From: the human T2T-CHM13v2.0 reference genome, Homo sapiens
NCBI RefSeq assembly: GCF_009914755.1
Contig: NC_060927.1
Reading direction: 5' to 3' (one strand)
Length of the DNA stretch: 64,000 nucleotides
In this document: positions 13,111-26,540 of the stretch, in pieces
Layout of the letters: each line of letters begins with the position of its first letter
How positions within the stretch are numbered: the stretch's first letter is position 1
The notes under the pieces: generated by a model
Seen by the model: the letters and a program-made list of their open reading frames with translations, nothing else
Database searches by the model: none
What the model was told of the DNA's origin: nothing
Position numbers and translations under genes: made by a program

Positions 13111-13446
13111 CAGGGGTCCCCAACCCTTGGACCAGTTCCGGTCCAGGGCCTGTTAGGAACCAGGCCACCCAGCAGGAGGTGAGTGTCGGTCAAGCATTAC
13201 CACTTGAGCTCCACCTCCTGCCAGATCAGCAGTGACACTAGATTTTCATAGAATCTAATGAACCTAGATCCCTCACATGTGCAGTTCACAATGGGGTTCA
13301 CTCTCCTATGACAGTCTAATGCCTGATGATCTGAGGTGGAACAATTTCATTCCTAAACCATCCCCCACACCCCACACCTCTTCGTCTGTGGAAAAACTGT
13401 CTTCCACAAAACTGGTCGCTGGTGCCAAAAAGGTTGGGGACTGCTG
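13111..13446 (+). mobile_element. MER1B (hAT-Charlie)
   Basis: Terminal inverted repeats CAGGGGTCCCCAACC / GGTTGGGGACTGCTG; 8-bp TSD ATATGGAA/ATATAGAA. Confidence 0.88.
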
Positions 13447-13454
13447 ATATAGAA

Positions 13455-14400
13455 AGTGTAAAAGACATGTCCACAAAATGATTTTCATAGAGATGCCCAC
13501 AGCAACATTGTTCATAATGGATCACACAGGAAACAACACAAATGTCTATCAGTAAATGAATGGATAAATAAAATGGTGGTGTTTTTATATGGAATATTAT
13601 CTATCCATAAAAAGGAGTGACCTGCAGATATACATAATAACATAGGTGAATCTCAAAAGCACCCCGAGTGAAAGAATCTAGAGGATTTATGGCATGACTG
13701 TGTTTCCATTTCTGTGAAATTCTAAAAGAGGTGAAAATAATCTATGAGGTTACAGAAATGAGAGCAACAGTTGCCTGGGGTGGAAGCTGGGAAGGGCTGA
13801 TTATAAAGGGACAGGAGGGTGTTTTTCTGTTCTCTAAATTGATTAGGGAGAGTGGAGAACAGTTACCTGGTGTACAAAATTGTCAAAACTCATTGAACTG
13901 TACATTTTAATAATTTATACTTTGATATAATTATAATTTATATTTCAATAAATTTGAAAAATATATGAATACATAACTAAGAATTAACAAATATCTTACA
14001 ACAATGTCTTTCATGAAAGAGAGAGGTCAAAACAAAACAAAACACCAACCTGGGAACTAAATTACCTTATAACACAACTGGGAGAATGAAGTGGGGGTTG
14101 GATAAGGTTCCCATGGGTGATGAGGTATTGAGGTGATGAGGTATTGGGGTGATGGAAGGACTTAATCTTCACCCTCCATAGCAGGAAGTCAACAGATAGT
14201 AGCTATACCAGCAATCAGGAAGTAGAGAAGCAAGTAGGTTATTTAGAGATATCAAAATAACCGAACAAGAAGAGTTAAAAGGGTTTGTCTTAGGGAAAAA
14301 AAAAATGGAACAGGGGAAGTAAAGGATTGCTGCATCTCATAACAAAAATTTTCAAACATTTTGCTTCCTTATCCTATAGGCAAGTAAAATTTGAATGGAA
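13455..14400 (+). mobile_element. Old L1 (L1ME/L1MC-like) 3' fragments
   Basis: CAGCAACATTGTTCATAAT...AATGGATAAATAAAATGG...TTGTCAAAACTCATTGAACTGTACA. Confidence 0.65.
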
Positions 14401-14456
14401 AGAAAAAAAAAGAATAAAGAAATCAAAAACAAAAATGATACAAGAATGCCATAAGA

Positions 14457-15271
14457 AACCAATAGAAGATATACAAATACCCAAAAAACATATGAAAAAT
14501 GCTCAACATCACTAATCATCAGGGAAATGCAAATCAAAACTACAGTGAGAATACCACCTTATCCCAACCAGAATAGCTATTCTTAAAAAGTCAAAAAACA
14601 ATAGATGTTGGCTTGGATGTGGTGGAAAGGAAATGCTTATACACTGCTGGTGGGAATGTAAATTAGTAAAACCTCTACGGAAAACAACATGGAGATTTCT
14701 CAAATAACTAAAAGTCAATCTACTATTCCATCCCACTACTGGGTATCTACCCAAAAGGAAAGAAGTCATTGCATCAAAAAGATACCTGTATGTGTATGTT
14801 TATCACAGCACAATTCACATTTGCAAATATATGGAATCAACCTATGTGCCTGTCAAAGAATAAGTAGATAAGAGTAGATAAAGTATGATAACAAATAAGA
14901 TATATATATGATAAGAATGAAATAATGTCTTCTGCAGCAACCTGGATGGAACTTCACTTAGGCCATCATTCTAAGTGAAGTAACTCAGGAATGGAAAACC
15001 AAATACTGCATGTTCTCACTTCTAAGTGGGAACTAAGTTCTGGATACACAGATGCATGTGAAGTCGTATAATGGACATTGGAGACTTAGAAGCAGGAAGG
15101 GTGTGAGGAGGATGAGGAATAAAAAACTACCTACTGGGTGCAAGGTACACTACTCAGGTGATGCGTACACTGAAATCCCAGACTTCACCACTATACGATT
15201 TACTCATGTAACCAAAAACTACCTATACCCCTAAAGATACTGAAATTTAAAAATTAAAAAAAAAAAAAAAA
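14457..15271 (+). mobile_element. L1PB-type 3' fragment with poly(A)
   Basis: ATGCTCAACATCACTAATCATCAGGGAAATGCAAATCAAAAC (ORF2 end), CCCAGACTTCACCACTATAC (3' UTR), A-tail. Confidence 0.85.
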
Positions 15272-16415
15272 GAAAAGTTCAGGGCAGCAGAGGGTGGCAT
15301 TTAAAAGAAAAAAAAAGTCAATAGGAACAATAGAAAGAGGACACTTAGGTTTTTAGGACTGGTTCTGCTTTTAACTGCCTGAGAGGATCAGGACAGATAA
15401 CTCTCATTTCCCCTCCCCAGCCTTTCAGCCTCAGTTTCTCCATCTATAAAACCAAGAGGTGTGAACAGATCATATCTGACATCTTAGGATTTTTAAAGGC
15501 AGGAATCCGTTTTTGGTAGAATGCGTCAGGGAAGGATGATGATATTAGCGATAAAGAAAAATTATTGGAGTAGAATATCCTTTTCTTGCTCCTTGCCAAG
15601 AAAGGGGTACCTAAGTTGTGTTTCTAAAGGTCAAAGGTGACAGGGAAGTGGGGGGAGTAGAGAGTTTTTCCAGTTTCTGCTCCAGTGAGAAGGATGAAGC
15701 TGGGAGGTCCCCGTAGGGGAAGGGTTGGTCACAGATGTGTGGAGCCCCCAAGCCCTAATGGCCCTGACTGCATTACAAGAGAGAGTGGACATTCTGTGAC
15801 TGGGGAGGAGAACGGCAGATTCTTCAAATAGCTGATAGCTGTGCCCCTTCTCACATAATAGCCAGAAAGATACAGGGCCTGGAAAGGTGGAGGGATACTC
15901 ACGTCCTGGGGATCTTCCTCTTCCTAAATGAAAATTCATGACAGGTGCACTAAAGATGATGCCCTACAGATGGGCCACAGATTCTCATGTGGCCCATTTT
16001 TGTTTAAAGTTACCTTCATCTACCAACCTGGCATAAAACCACTCTTCTCTGTAGGTTTTCATTATATCTGGTGAAAAAATATGATTTTTGAGTTTATGCA
16101 CAAATATAGGTATTTGGTGGATTACTGGAATATTGGCAGAACATGCTGAACACTCTGGATTATAGCAGTGGTTATAAAGGGGTTACAATCAATTGTAGAT
16201 ATTTGCACATGGGCTTACTAGGACTCAGTGTGATTCTGAGAAGAAACACATGACTGAGGTCCCATTTGCCCTGCATCCTACCTATCAAAGCTGGATGGTC
16301 TATATCTGGACTAAAGGAAATGCCTAATATCCAAACTGTGATATAAATAAATTACAATATGGGAGGTAGTGAGTGGTGCTGGAGAGAGTTTAGAAAAAGA
16401 CACTCTGTAATCATG

Positions 16416-16548
16416 AGAGAGAGAGTCAAGGGCTCTTAAAATTATTTGGTGTTGAGTGAAGAGGCAGAGAAAAATATTCCATATACCCAAACATTTTAAC
16501 TTTTATGTCTCTACCTGATGTTGGAATGTAATCTAGACTTTAAGGCTT
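16416..16548. repeat. Left arm of ~132-bp inverted repeat
   Basis: Manual alignment to the reverse complement of 17205-17335: 7 substitutions and 2 single-base indels. Confidence 0.93.
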
Positions 16549-17204
16549 AACATTTATAGCACCTTCTCGCCATGTGTGATCTATCAGTGCCCTGTCGCAT
16601 CTTCCCAAGCCCAGAAGAGATAAAAAACAACCCTAGCCATGAGAATATTTCTCCAGAAACAAAATGGAGAGCGAGGATGGTTGTGATCAGCACGTTACTC
16701 AAACACCCAAATTCAACATGGCAGGAGGGAGCCTGTGCCAGCTGAGGTCTTCTGTTTGGGGGGTTTATTTTCCATGCACTGGAAAGTGTGTACTTAACTT
16801 CAAAGGAATTTGGGTCGTGCCTTTCAATCACCTTCACTCTGTCTTTAAAGTTTTGCACTAGAAATGGGCTTCAGGGTCTTCTTTTTTTTTTTTTTTAAGA
16901 TGAAACTTTGACATGAACCACAGGCAATTCACAAGCAACATTAGCCCAGTGTGCAGTAAGCAAGTATGACATCATCTCTAAAACCAAATATGAACTTCCA
17001 CATGGTGCAAAACCACAAGCAGGCACACAAGCCTTTGGATGCACCAAAGTTTAAATACAGGGAAGATAAGGCAAGAAAAAATGCATTCTATTAAAAATTA
17101 GAATATCTAGTTCCAAATTAGGTATCAATGACTGAAATTAAAGTTCCCCTCACTAATATTCTGACTCCACTCAACAGAGTACATCACTTAAAACAGAATC
17201 AGAA

Positions 17205-17335
17205 AAGCCTGAAGTCTAGATTATACTCCAACATCAGGTAGAGACATAAAGTTAAAATGTTTAGGTATATGGAATACCTTTCTCTGCCTCTTCACTCAAC
17301 ACCAAATAATTTTAAGGGCCCTTGACTCTCTCTCT
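17205..17335. repeat. Right arm of ~132-bp inverted repeat
   Basis: Reverse complement of 16416-16548 at ~93% identity. Confidence 0.93.
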
Positions 17336-17566
17336 TAAACTTTGGCAGTTGACTCAATAATAAAACTTGGCAAAGCAAAGAGCACCATCATTTCCCAGAA
17401 AAACAAAAGAAAATTAGAACTGTATGATATAGTCCATGCACAAAGACCCAGAAGGTTGAATTTCCAATTTTTACATATGACTTAACCACATGGGAACTAG
17501 TCATCTAATGTTAAAACTAGGACAATCTTTCCATTTTAGGAGAATTGCTCATTTCCTTTTGATCCA

Positions 17567-17568
<2 letters not shown>

Positions 17569-17602
<34 letters not shown>
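17569..17602. repeat. (TG)17 microsatellite
   Basis: Perfect dinucleotide run. Confidence 0.95.
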
Positions 17603-17608
<6 letters not shown>

Positions 17609-18329
17609 CATGTGACATATGAAAATTTAACCTTTTATCTGGCAGTATAAAACATAAAACATTTGTTTTCACTTCAGTTCCAGGTAATAACTTGAAAGAA
17701 AAGAACCATGGCAATGAAATTGGCAAAACGTTGCCAAAATCAGAGTTAAGCATTATTAATCTTCATGTCAGCACCCAGGAATTATAACCAGTTCCAATGG
17801 TGAGGTATGTTTCCAGAAGTTCTATACATAAGACACTCGACCTTTCTGCCGTATTTTATGTGCGCCTTCAGAAACGGTTTCAATGTTGTGACAAAACACT
17901 AAGTGCTACTTGATGTGCCATAAATAATTTCTAAAAATCAAACAGTTCATTTCAATCTTAAAATGACTACTGCAACACTTGAGAGAAAAAAACACCTGAG
18001 GGAGAAAAAGGGGCCACTTGAAAATTTTCACAGATTAAATACTACTTGCTTGACAACGCTTCAAGAATTGAATAAACAGGCTATCACAAAGAAAAACTTT
18101 AAAAGAAAATGAAACTGGAACACTCACAAAAGCTCCCAATATAGTTTTATTTCACATTCAAAGCTTCATTTGTTTGTTTTTCCTAATCGTAGACTTGAGT
18201 TAAGGGTATATTTGAATTTGATTCAACCTGCAATCATTCAAACAGGAGACAGTTTCAAAGTTGGAAGTACGCATAATGTACACAGTCTCCAAAGACACAA
18301 ACACTAAAAATAACCTAAAATCTAAAACT

Positions 18330-18680
18330 TGCTTGGTAGTAACGACTAGTTCTCACTCACATCCAACTCTCCTTTCCTCCTGAAAACAGGAAAGATCACA
18401 CTTCTCAGGCGCCTTTTGGGAAGATGAAACGCTGTGTTTTCTTCAGGAAATGTAAGCAGAAGTGAGGTACATCACTTCCTGTCTGTTCCACACCACACTC
18501 CTTTTCTTCCTCAGAGATCGTAGAGGCTACACTTTCCAGATGGTGGAGATACAAGATGGCAGAACCTTCCTAAGTCTGGATCCTCAAGTGACTGTGAGAA
18601 ACAGGTTCTCCCCCAAGTCCTCAATCCTTAAAACGGGTTGGACTTACAGTATGATGGGTTAAATAGCTTAGAAATTATTA
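18330..18680 (+). mobile_element. Old MaLR LTR (MLT1J-like)
   Basis: GGAAATGTAAGCAGAAGTGA...CAAGATGGCAGAACCTTCC...TCTGGATCC. Confidence 0.5.
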
Positions 18681-19139
18681 CAATAAACTCGTATGATTTT
18701 GCTGCAAAATAGGCACCTTAAAACTAAAACTGTTTTTTTTGTCTTAGAGATTGTCATGAATCTAAAGAATTAGGGCTATGGTACTTCCTTTCACTCTTTC
18801 TATATATAGGACCTTCAACTTCCCTTCTCCTTTCATCCCAAATCCAAAGAAGGGGGAAAAAATGACAGAGGGCCAAAGACAGAGCTAAGAGGAAGAAGCA
18901 GTAGAACCTTGGGGGAGTAGACACGGGGGTTAAAGATCAAAGCCTTGGGAAAAAGAGAGAAAGACAGACTGAAGAGGAAAGATCCCCTTAAGCTCATCAA
19001 CTTGAGTTTCAGTTTGGATAGACAAGCGGCTCAGGTGGGTATGTTTTGCAACATCCTCTGCAATGCAAATATATATGTTCAACTAACTCATAACAATGGC
19101 CTTTCAAATGTCATGAACATTTCTAAGGTATTACAAGGA

Positions 19140-19270
19140 AAATGGAGATAATAACAGTACGTCCTTCATTGAGTTATTTTGAGTATTAAATTAAATAACA
19201 CATGTAAAGCACTTAGCATGGTACCTGGCACTTAGAAACCCTCAATAAATTTTTGCTATTGTTATTATAC
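19140..19270 (+). mobile_element. MIR 3' half
   Basis: AAATGGAGATAATAACAGTAC...ATGTAAAGCACTTAGCATGGTACCTGGCAC. Confidence 0.75.
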
Positions 19271-19766
19271 TTTATTATTCTACTTTTCACAGCCTCTAAT
19301 TCAGTGATTTATATACCGCAGGAATGCAATAAAGGTTGCTGATCAACAGCAGCCCTCAGGAAGAGTGGAGAACCAGCAAATAAGGTTTTGTGCTCTAACA
19401 TGTACTGAGGCGTTATATTGTTTGACATTTACTTAAAAATATTTCAGCATACACTCTATGGTATGTGTGCAGTGTGGAGGGTTGTGTGGGTGGGTGGACA
19501 GATGGGTGTATTACCCAACTGGGAATAAGTCCTCCAGAGTTAGTTAATTAGCTATGAAAGACTTTAATTAAAAGCTAACATTCCAGAGTCAGCTACCAAA
19601 AATACCTCAGTATTCTTTATATTTGATGGACAACTGAAAATTGTCAATTAACATAATTTATGTGAGGAGTGATTTCTCCCTGGTGAAGTGAATGGTATTT
19701 GAGATCTGTGCAGTGGCTAGAAATGTTGCACAGGCATGTCCAGTCTTCCAAGAGCAAGGTTTAAGA

Positions 19767-20070
19767 CTGTGTGTCCAAAATAATTAGATGCAAGCCACAT
19801 TTGTACTTTTACATTTTTTAATAGCCCCATTTAAAAAGTAAAAAGAAACATTGAAATTAATTTTAATAAAATATTTAATCTATTATATCTAAAATATTAT
19901 TACTCAACCTGTAATCAATATGAAAAATATTGAGATACTCTACATTTTTTGTATTGTCTTCAAAATCTAGCTTTTTTTTAATACTTTTAGCACATCTCAA
20001 TGAGGATTAGCCATATTTCAGGTGCTCAATAGCCATATGTGGCTCATGGCTACCATATTGGACAGTGAAG
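19767..20070 (+). mobile_element. MER33
   Basis: AGCCATATTTCAGGTGCTCAATAGCCATATGTGGCT...ATTGGACAG; TSD-like GTTTAAGA/GTCTATGA. Confidence 0.8.
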
Positions 20071-20747
20071 GTCTATGACTCCTGTAAGCCCAAAAGCTTC
20101 AACCCTTGGAATGGAATCCTACCTAGGCTTAGAATTTCAATCTCCCTTGCATATTGATGATTCAGGGAGGATTCTGGCCCAACAGCAAACAGACGGTTGG
20201 CTGAGCCCTGTCACAAGACATAGCATCACACTGACTTAGAGAGAAGCTTTCATGGACATGAAGCTTCCAGAAAAACAGAGAGCTGAAACTTCAAGGAGTG
20301 CTCAGGGAAGTTGTACAGCTGTGATGTACTACATAGAGGCCAGGTGGTGGGGCAGGAGTACTGCCTTCTTCCCTTCTCTAACCATCAGGGGCTACTGACC
20401 TCTACAAAAGAAAATTTTTGACGAATAATCATCAATGACCTTGATGGCTGGTAATTCAGCTAGCATGAATCTTTCTGGATTCTTGATGAAATAAGAACTC
20501 AGAATAATCACTGCTTTCAAAAACTCTTTCACGTCAATCTCTAATTATAGCAAAAGTTGCCTTTCAGAAAAAAATGTCCTTCAGCAGCTGCATCATCAAA
20601 AACTGGCTCTACGGATGAGGGTGTGCCCATCTCTTACCCTATGCTTGGTTACATCCTCCTGCTCTTTAACTTCTGCAGCTATTTTAATTTCAGATTTCTC
20701 TCCTGTCTGTAGTTAACCTTTTTATAAGCAGTAACCAGAATCACTTC

Positions 20748-21900
20748 TTCATTCATTCAATAAATATGAAGAATCAATTTTGTGCCAGGCAACATTCTAG
20801 TGTTAGGGATATAGCCTTTTAACAAGACAGTCAGGTTTGTGATTTATTGAAACATACGGTTGTAAGGTTGGAGGTAGTGGAGGTAGAACAAATAAGTATT
20901 ATGTCAATATCATTTAATAAATACAAGTTTTAGCATAAGAGTGGAGTAAAACAGATATAAACTCTAAGAACTTAAATACTTAAATAAAAGCCTTGTAATA
21001 CTAAATTCAAATTGGAAATATTATGAATACATGATATATTTTCATATTTTCTTTTTTTTTTTTTTAGATCTGGGTTTGTTACGTAATGGTGAGGTTTGGG
21101 TCTTCTAGCGTACGCATCACCCAAATAGTGAACATTGTGCCCGATAGGTGATTTTTCAATGCTCCCTGGCTCCCCCTACCCTTCCTCTTTTTTTTTATTT
21201 CTAGCTTTGTCCACTGTAGACCTAGAAAAAAAACTGACCACCTAAGTAGCGATGAGAACCCACCCCAGGTGCCCAAATTGTGATCTCTAAACCATTTTTC
21301 ACTAAAACAAATCTACTTTCATTGTAGAAATGATTGATTTTAGGTCTAAGGCAGGATGTGCAGGTGAGTTCAGAATGCCTTGTTGAACCAGAAAGCAAGG
21401 AAGTTATTAAAGACCAATAGAGTCTTGCTATTGGTCAAGGATGGGACAATTTGATGCACTTTTTCTTTAAAATTCGCTCTGGGTGTTCTATGGAAAACAG
21501 GCACTAGGGGACAGGAATGGAGGCCGGGGACAGGTGAGGAGCTGCTGCAATGAGCCAGAAGGGAGAAAGTGGCTGTCACAACTAGGATGGAGGTGGTGGA
21601 GAGGGGGCACGTGGCTGTGTTTGTGATGCATTTTGAGATACAGAAGACAGCTGGCAGAACTGAGGATTTGTATGTGTAGGGATGAAAGGAAGGAAGATAT
21701 CAAAGAAGACTCCTGGGTTGCTAGCTGGAAAAACTCAGTAGATAGTGGAATTATTGCCTGTGATGTGGAAGACTGGGGAGAACTGGACTTGAGGAAAGGA
21801 AATCAAGAGTTTAGGATTAGGCATATATAGTTTGAGATGGCTAGGAAACATATGAAAAGCAAATGGCTATATGATTTGGAAGCTCCCAACACAACAGAAG
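20748..21900. mobile_element. Composite: L2 (-) with an L1M fragment and a short L1PA15/16-like 3' end (-) at ~21050-21190
   Basis: TTCATTCATTCAATAAATA L2 tail; T-run followed by GCATCACCCAAATAGTGAACATTGTGCCCGATAGG. Confidence 0.6.
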
Positions 21901-23959
21901 CTGGACTGGAGTCTGATCTACATGTGGATGGGCAGTCCTGTAATTACATCAACATTTCCCCTAATGACCAGGTAGGACACCTTCTGCACATTTACAGATT
22001 CACTCCTGTTTCGATGCAGCTCTCTGAGACCAAATTAACAAAAATGTGTAAGGAGAGGACATCGACATTGTTGAAAACTGAGAGAAATCCCCTTCCTAAA
22101 AGGGCCCCTGCTTTTAGGTCTTTTGCTATAAGGTCTCTTCCTCTCATAGTCATGGATAACAAGAGATTTGGTCATCTCAATTGAGCCTTTGGCCTTTCAA
22201 GGCGTCTAGTTAATGTCAATGATGTATTTATCCTCCTGTTGATGTCTACAGTCAGTAGAGTAATACTGAATCAGAGATAAAGGACTATATAATCCCACTT
22301 CTGTGTGCTGACTTCATTTAGCAGTCAAAAATTTACACACTTGACAAGAGAAAAAAAACCTATATTATATTTAAAAACATTTAGATAGCACAAAGAAAAA
22401 CAATAATGATTGTATAATAAAGTGCTTCATAATTTACAGTACATGTTTCTCTTAGGTTGTCTGTTCTCATACAATTTGAATTCAAAAAATAGAATTCAGG
22501 GATATTTAGTATCATATAACCACATATATCATTTAAGCTGTGCTTATAAAAGTTAAGTTACAATCACCAACTTGTTAATAACACAGTCGAGATTTTCAGG
22601 TTGTAAAAATGTGTTTGTCATGCCTACCTGTCAAAAAATTATACCCAAGTCCCACATGCCACCTACTTGAAGAAAACAATGCTGGGTTGAGAGTGCTTTG
22701 TATCACCTACATGGGAGAATTCATATCACATGTGAGTTAATAATTCAGCCAACTTTATAAACCTGTTTTCATACTTAAGTTTTTGGCTACTTCTTACACT
22801 AAAATTAGGTGGTTTTAAGTGACTAGTCCAAAGTTCAAAATTTAATGCTCAGTTCAGTTCCAGCAAATTTCTGAAAACACATGGGAATTGTAACTCATGT
22901 GTTAATACTTAAAGTTTTCGTTAATAAAACTTCCAACACTAACCTTACCTCATTGAACTTACCTCACTGATTTTTATGCTCACTATAAAACTATAGCTGT
23001 CATAATATTTTTGAATTACTACAAAAGGAAGTAAGCCATTCCAAAGTCAATGTTATTTTGCAACATGATGATAGTTATAAATTCAAAATACTTAAAACCA
23101 ATTTGCAAAGCTATCAATCTTAGTACCTCCTAACATTTATAAAGCCCATCTTCAAAACATTTGCTATTACGGAAAAAAACAAGTTTAAGAAAATACCATG
23201 TGTCATTCATATTGTGCTTTCCCTTCAGGTAAGCACATTAAATGTAAGCACGAAATTGTGTTTTAACATAAAATTTTAAAATATTGATCCCGCTTAGATA
23301 TGCCATGAATTTTCTAAACTATCACTGAAGCTCCAGAACTTAAATCACAGATAATTTAGTACTAAGTAATAATTTTGTGATCTTTAGGTCAGTGCTTTTT
23401 AACAAATCCAAACAAATAACCTCCAATGAGATATGCCTAAAGTATTTGTAAATGACTAACAAATTAGGCACTGTATTTGTTAGGGTTAAACCCATGTTTT
23501 AGAGTCGTGTCTCTCAAATACTCCTGGAGGATGGGGACTTGTGTTTAAGGATCCAGAAGTTTGCTATAAGAGCGTTCTTATGTTGTCTGTTCTTTTCTAT
23601 GTCATCTTTTCTTTTCTATGATTATCTCAAAAGTTAAAATGAATTTATCCTGGATCATGTAAATAACTCTTATAAATCTGGATCAGGTAAATCTCTCCTT
23701 GCTAATAGATTTCAATATAGCCTTTGTGTTTGCACTTAAGATTGCTTTGGAGTGAAATGGAAAAAAGCACAGAACTTCTTGTTTCTATGATACATTCCCT
23801 CCAAGTCTCAACCACAGGACATCATGCTAACCATGAAAACCAGGGGTTCATCAGCACTATAAATAAAAACAGCAATCAGCGAGGAAACTGGATCTTCACA
23901 CAACATACCACTAGTTCAGGCCTCCTGAACTAGCACCTCAGCCATACCAGTTTGTACCA

Positions 23960-24245
23960 CATTCATATCAGTGTAAATTCATGCGTGGAAAACACTATCC
24001 TTCTCCATATTAAATTAATATCATTAATTTAGATTTTATTAACTTTGACATTGTATTTTCATTTAGTACATAATCTTGATTTGGCTGCATAGTTCTATAA
24101 GAGCTATAAACATGCTTAATCTTATGTTTGTCACTAATTAAGTAAAGTAGTAATTATTACATAAAACAATACTAGGTGTCTACAAGGTTGTTTATTTGAA
24201 AAAAAGAAGAAGAAATGTTTTCTCAACTGTGAAAAATACTACTCT
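23960..24245. mobile_element. MER113-like hAT remnant
   Basis: GAGCTATAAAC...CTTATGTTTGT...CTCAACTGTGAAAAATACT similarity. Confidence 0.4.
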
Positions 24246-24339
24246 AAAATAAACAGTATTTGTTCTTTGAAACTTTTCTGAGTGTTGTGCAAAAGTTAAG
24301 TAGGGGTGTGGAAGCAGGGTGTGTGCCATGATGGAGCAG

Positions 24340-24532
24340 ACTTGGGAAACATTGTGGGCTCTAGTGGTTTATGGTAGACAGTAGCATACTAAAGGTTCTG
24401 AAAAGTCCCACAGCAAAGATCTTCTTTAAATTGATTTAACTTACCTTTCCCCACATCTATTTTTTCCCACCGAACCCGTTCTTTTCTAAGAACACATAAT
24501 AATATCCTTCAGAATATTTTTAGGAAAGGCTG
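24340..24532. mobile_element. MER103C-like hAT remnant
   Basis: AGCATACTAAAGGTTCTGAAAAGTCC...CAGCAAAGA motif. Confidence 0.55.
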
Positions 24533-25019
24533 TTCTAAAGTATCTTTAAGCCATCAAATTTGTAAGGTGTGGCATGGGTAAGAAAGGTTTGAGTGTGGCA
24601 AAATGGGAACACACTGCTGAAAGGGACTCAGAAGGCCTTGGCTGACAGTCTGCTGATACTTTTGAGATGCCCTCTGTGGCTAACACTGCATTAGGTGGTG
24701 CAGGAGGCTCCTGCATTCCCCAGGGCAACCTGTGATGTAAGTACTGCTTAAAGGTGAAAACAGTGGAGCTTTCAGGGCTCAGAGACCTAGTGTAGTAGAG
24801 CTATGGCTTAAAGCCCCATCTTCTGGTCCAAAACATACCCCAGCAGCCCATACCCTAGGTTCATTTCTGGCTCTGCTAGGACCTGGGGATGGGACCTTGG
24901 GGGAAGCTGCTTATTTCTGAGGGACTCAGTTATCTTTTGATAAAAAAATAAAATTGAGATAAAATTTTGCTCAATGACTTCTAAGGACTTTACCTAACCT
25001 AAATTTCATGTCAGGAGGT

Positions 25020-25960
25020 GAATGATCCAGCTGTACTGTATTGAAACATATTTAAAGCTTTGGTAATTAAAACAGTTTGGTAGTGATGCAGGAAGAAAAA
25101 GACAGATCAGTCCATGAACAATAATGAGGGAGTCCAAAATAGACTGACATACACATATAAAGTTAGTATATGATAAAGGTGGTAGTTAGATTCAGTAGGG
25201 GAAACATGGATTATTCCATTGATAATGACTGAAAACTTACTTTCATTTAGAAAAATAATAACAGTGAAACTTTACCTAACTCTTTATGACAAAAATAAAT
25301 TCCTAATAAAGAGTTAGATGTAAAAAATTAAATCATAAAAGTGCTAAAACAGATGGGGTTGGGGGCAGTGGCTAACGCCTATAATCCCAGCACTTTGGGA
25401 GGCCAAGGTGGGAAGACTGCTTGAGGCCAGAAGTTTGAGGCAAGCCTGAGCAACGTAGCAAGACCTCATTTATACTAAATAAAATAAAAAATTGTTTGGG
25501 CATGGTGGTGCAGCCCTATAGTCCCAACTACTTGGGAGGCTGAGGCAGGAGGCTGCAGTGAGCTATGATTGCACCACTGCTCTCCAGCCTATGCAACAGA
25601 GTAGGACATGGGCTCAAAAACAAAAAGTATTAATATAGATATATGAAAAAATTTTAAAAAGAAAATATGGGGGCCCTTCTTTTTATTCATAGGGTATAGG
25701 AGCCCTTTCTAAGCAAGAGAAAAAGCCTAGACACCATAAAGTAAAAGACAGATAAATAAGATTAAATTTAAATTGAAACTATCTTCATGGAAAAAGACAA
25801 ACGGCAAATTGCAGAAAATTTTTGTAAAAGCAAAATGTAAAATGCAGCGTGTATTCCAGTATGTCTAACATGTTTCCAATTGGGAAAAAAGAAAGAACAT
25901 TTGCTTGTGTGCACACAGGCTATTTCTGGAAAGATGCATAAGCAAATGAAAAGAGTTTAT
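25020..25960 (+). mobile_element. Old L1M ORF2/3' fragments hosting an AluJ
   Basis: AAAGCTTTGGTAATTAAAACAGTTTGGTAGTG, TATGATAAAGGTGG. Confidence 0.6.
25357..25627 (+). mobile_element. AluJ with an internal deletion in the right arm
   Basis: GTGGCTAACGCCTATAATCCCAGCACTTTGGGAGG...GGCTGCAGTGAGCTATGATTGCACCACTG; the segment between two GGAGG motifs is missing. Confidence 0.9.
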
Positions 25961-26294
25961 TAAATGCCTCCTTCATGCTCAGTTAAATGAGTGATAAAAA
26001 CAAGGATTAAATGAACACATTTGTCAATTTCACTTGTAAACTAACCAAGGAATCCCACCCAAAGATTCCTATGAGGAACTAACTCAGTGTAAGAGAAATC
26101 TAGTTAGGCCCAGAGCTCCCAGAAAATTAATTGATTGCCTGCATTTCTAGTTTAGCCCTTTCTTGAGGACAGAAATGCTGCAGGTGGAGGAAATGGCCAG
26201 GACACACTCTGCCCAGGAAGAATTATCCATGGTGGTACATATTATAGCTGTTATGACTCTTTATCTAGCATATTAATACATTGTAGGAAGGCAG

Positions 26295-26540
26295 GAAAAG
26301 AGTAATGGCTGCAAGTCGGAGCTCTTGACTCCTCAAGGTCAAATCTTAACCTTCCACTTACTCACCATGGCTTAGGGAAAGAAAGATACAATCTCTCAAA
26401 ACTCCAGTCTCCTCATCCATAAAATGAGGGTAATAATAGTACAGATACTATGAGGATTAATTGAAATATGACTTTTAAGATGTTTTATTATAAGGCACTA
26501 AGAGATAAAGTAGAGACAATCACTGAACAGCAGCTGCTGT
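26295..26540 (+). mobile_element. MIR
   Basis: CAGTCTCCTCATCCATAAAATGAGGGTAATAATAGTAC. Confidence 0.65.

Noticed and set aside
14116-14154. 16-bp tandem duplication, ~2.5 copies
   Set aside because: Ordinary slippage within an old L1 region.
22943-22985. Two tandem GAG|GTAAG donor motifs 14 nt apart on the minus strand
   Set aside because: No good upstream acceptor; the implied 20-nt exon has a weak tract and starts with TGA.
23210-23234. Strong ctttcccttcag|gtaagc recursive-type motif
   Set aside because: On the plus strand, antisense to ERC2, with no evidence of a plus-strand transcript.
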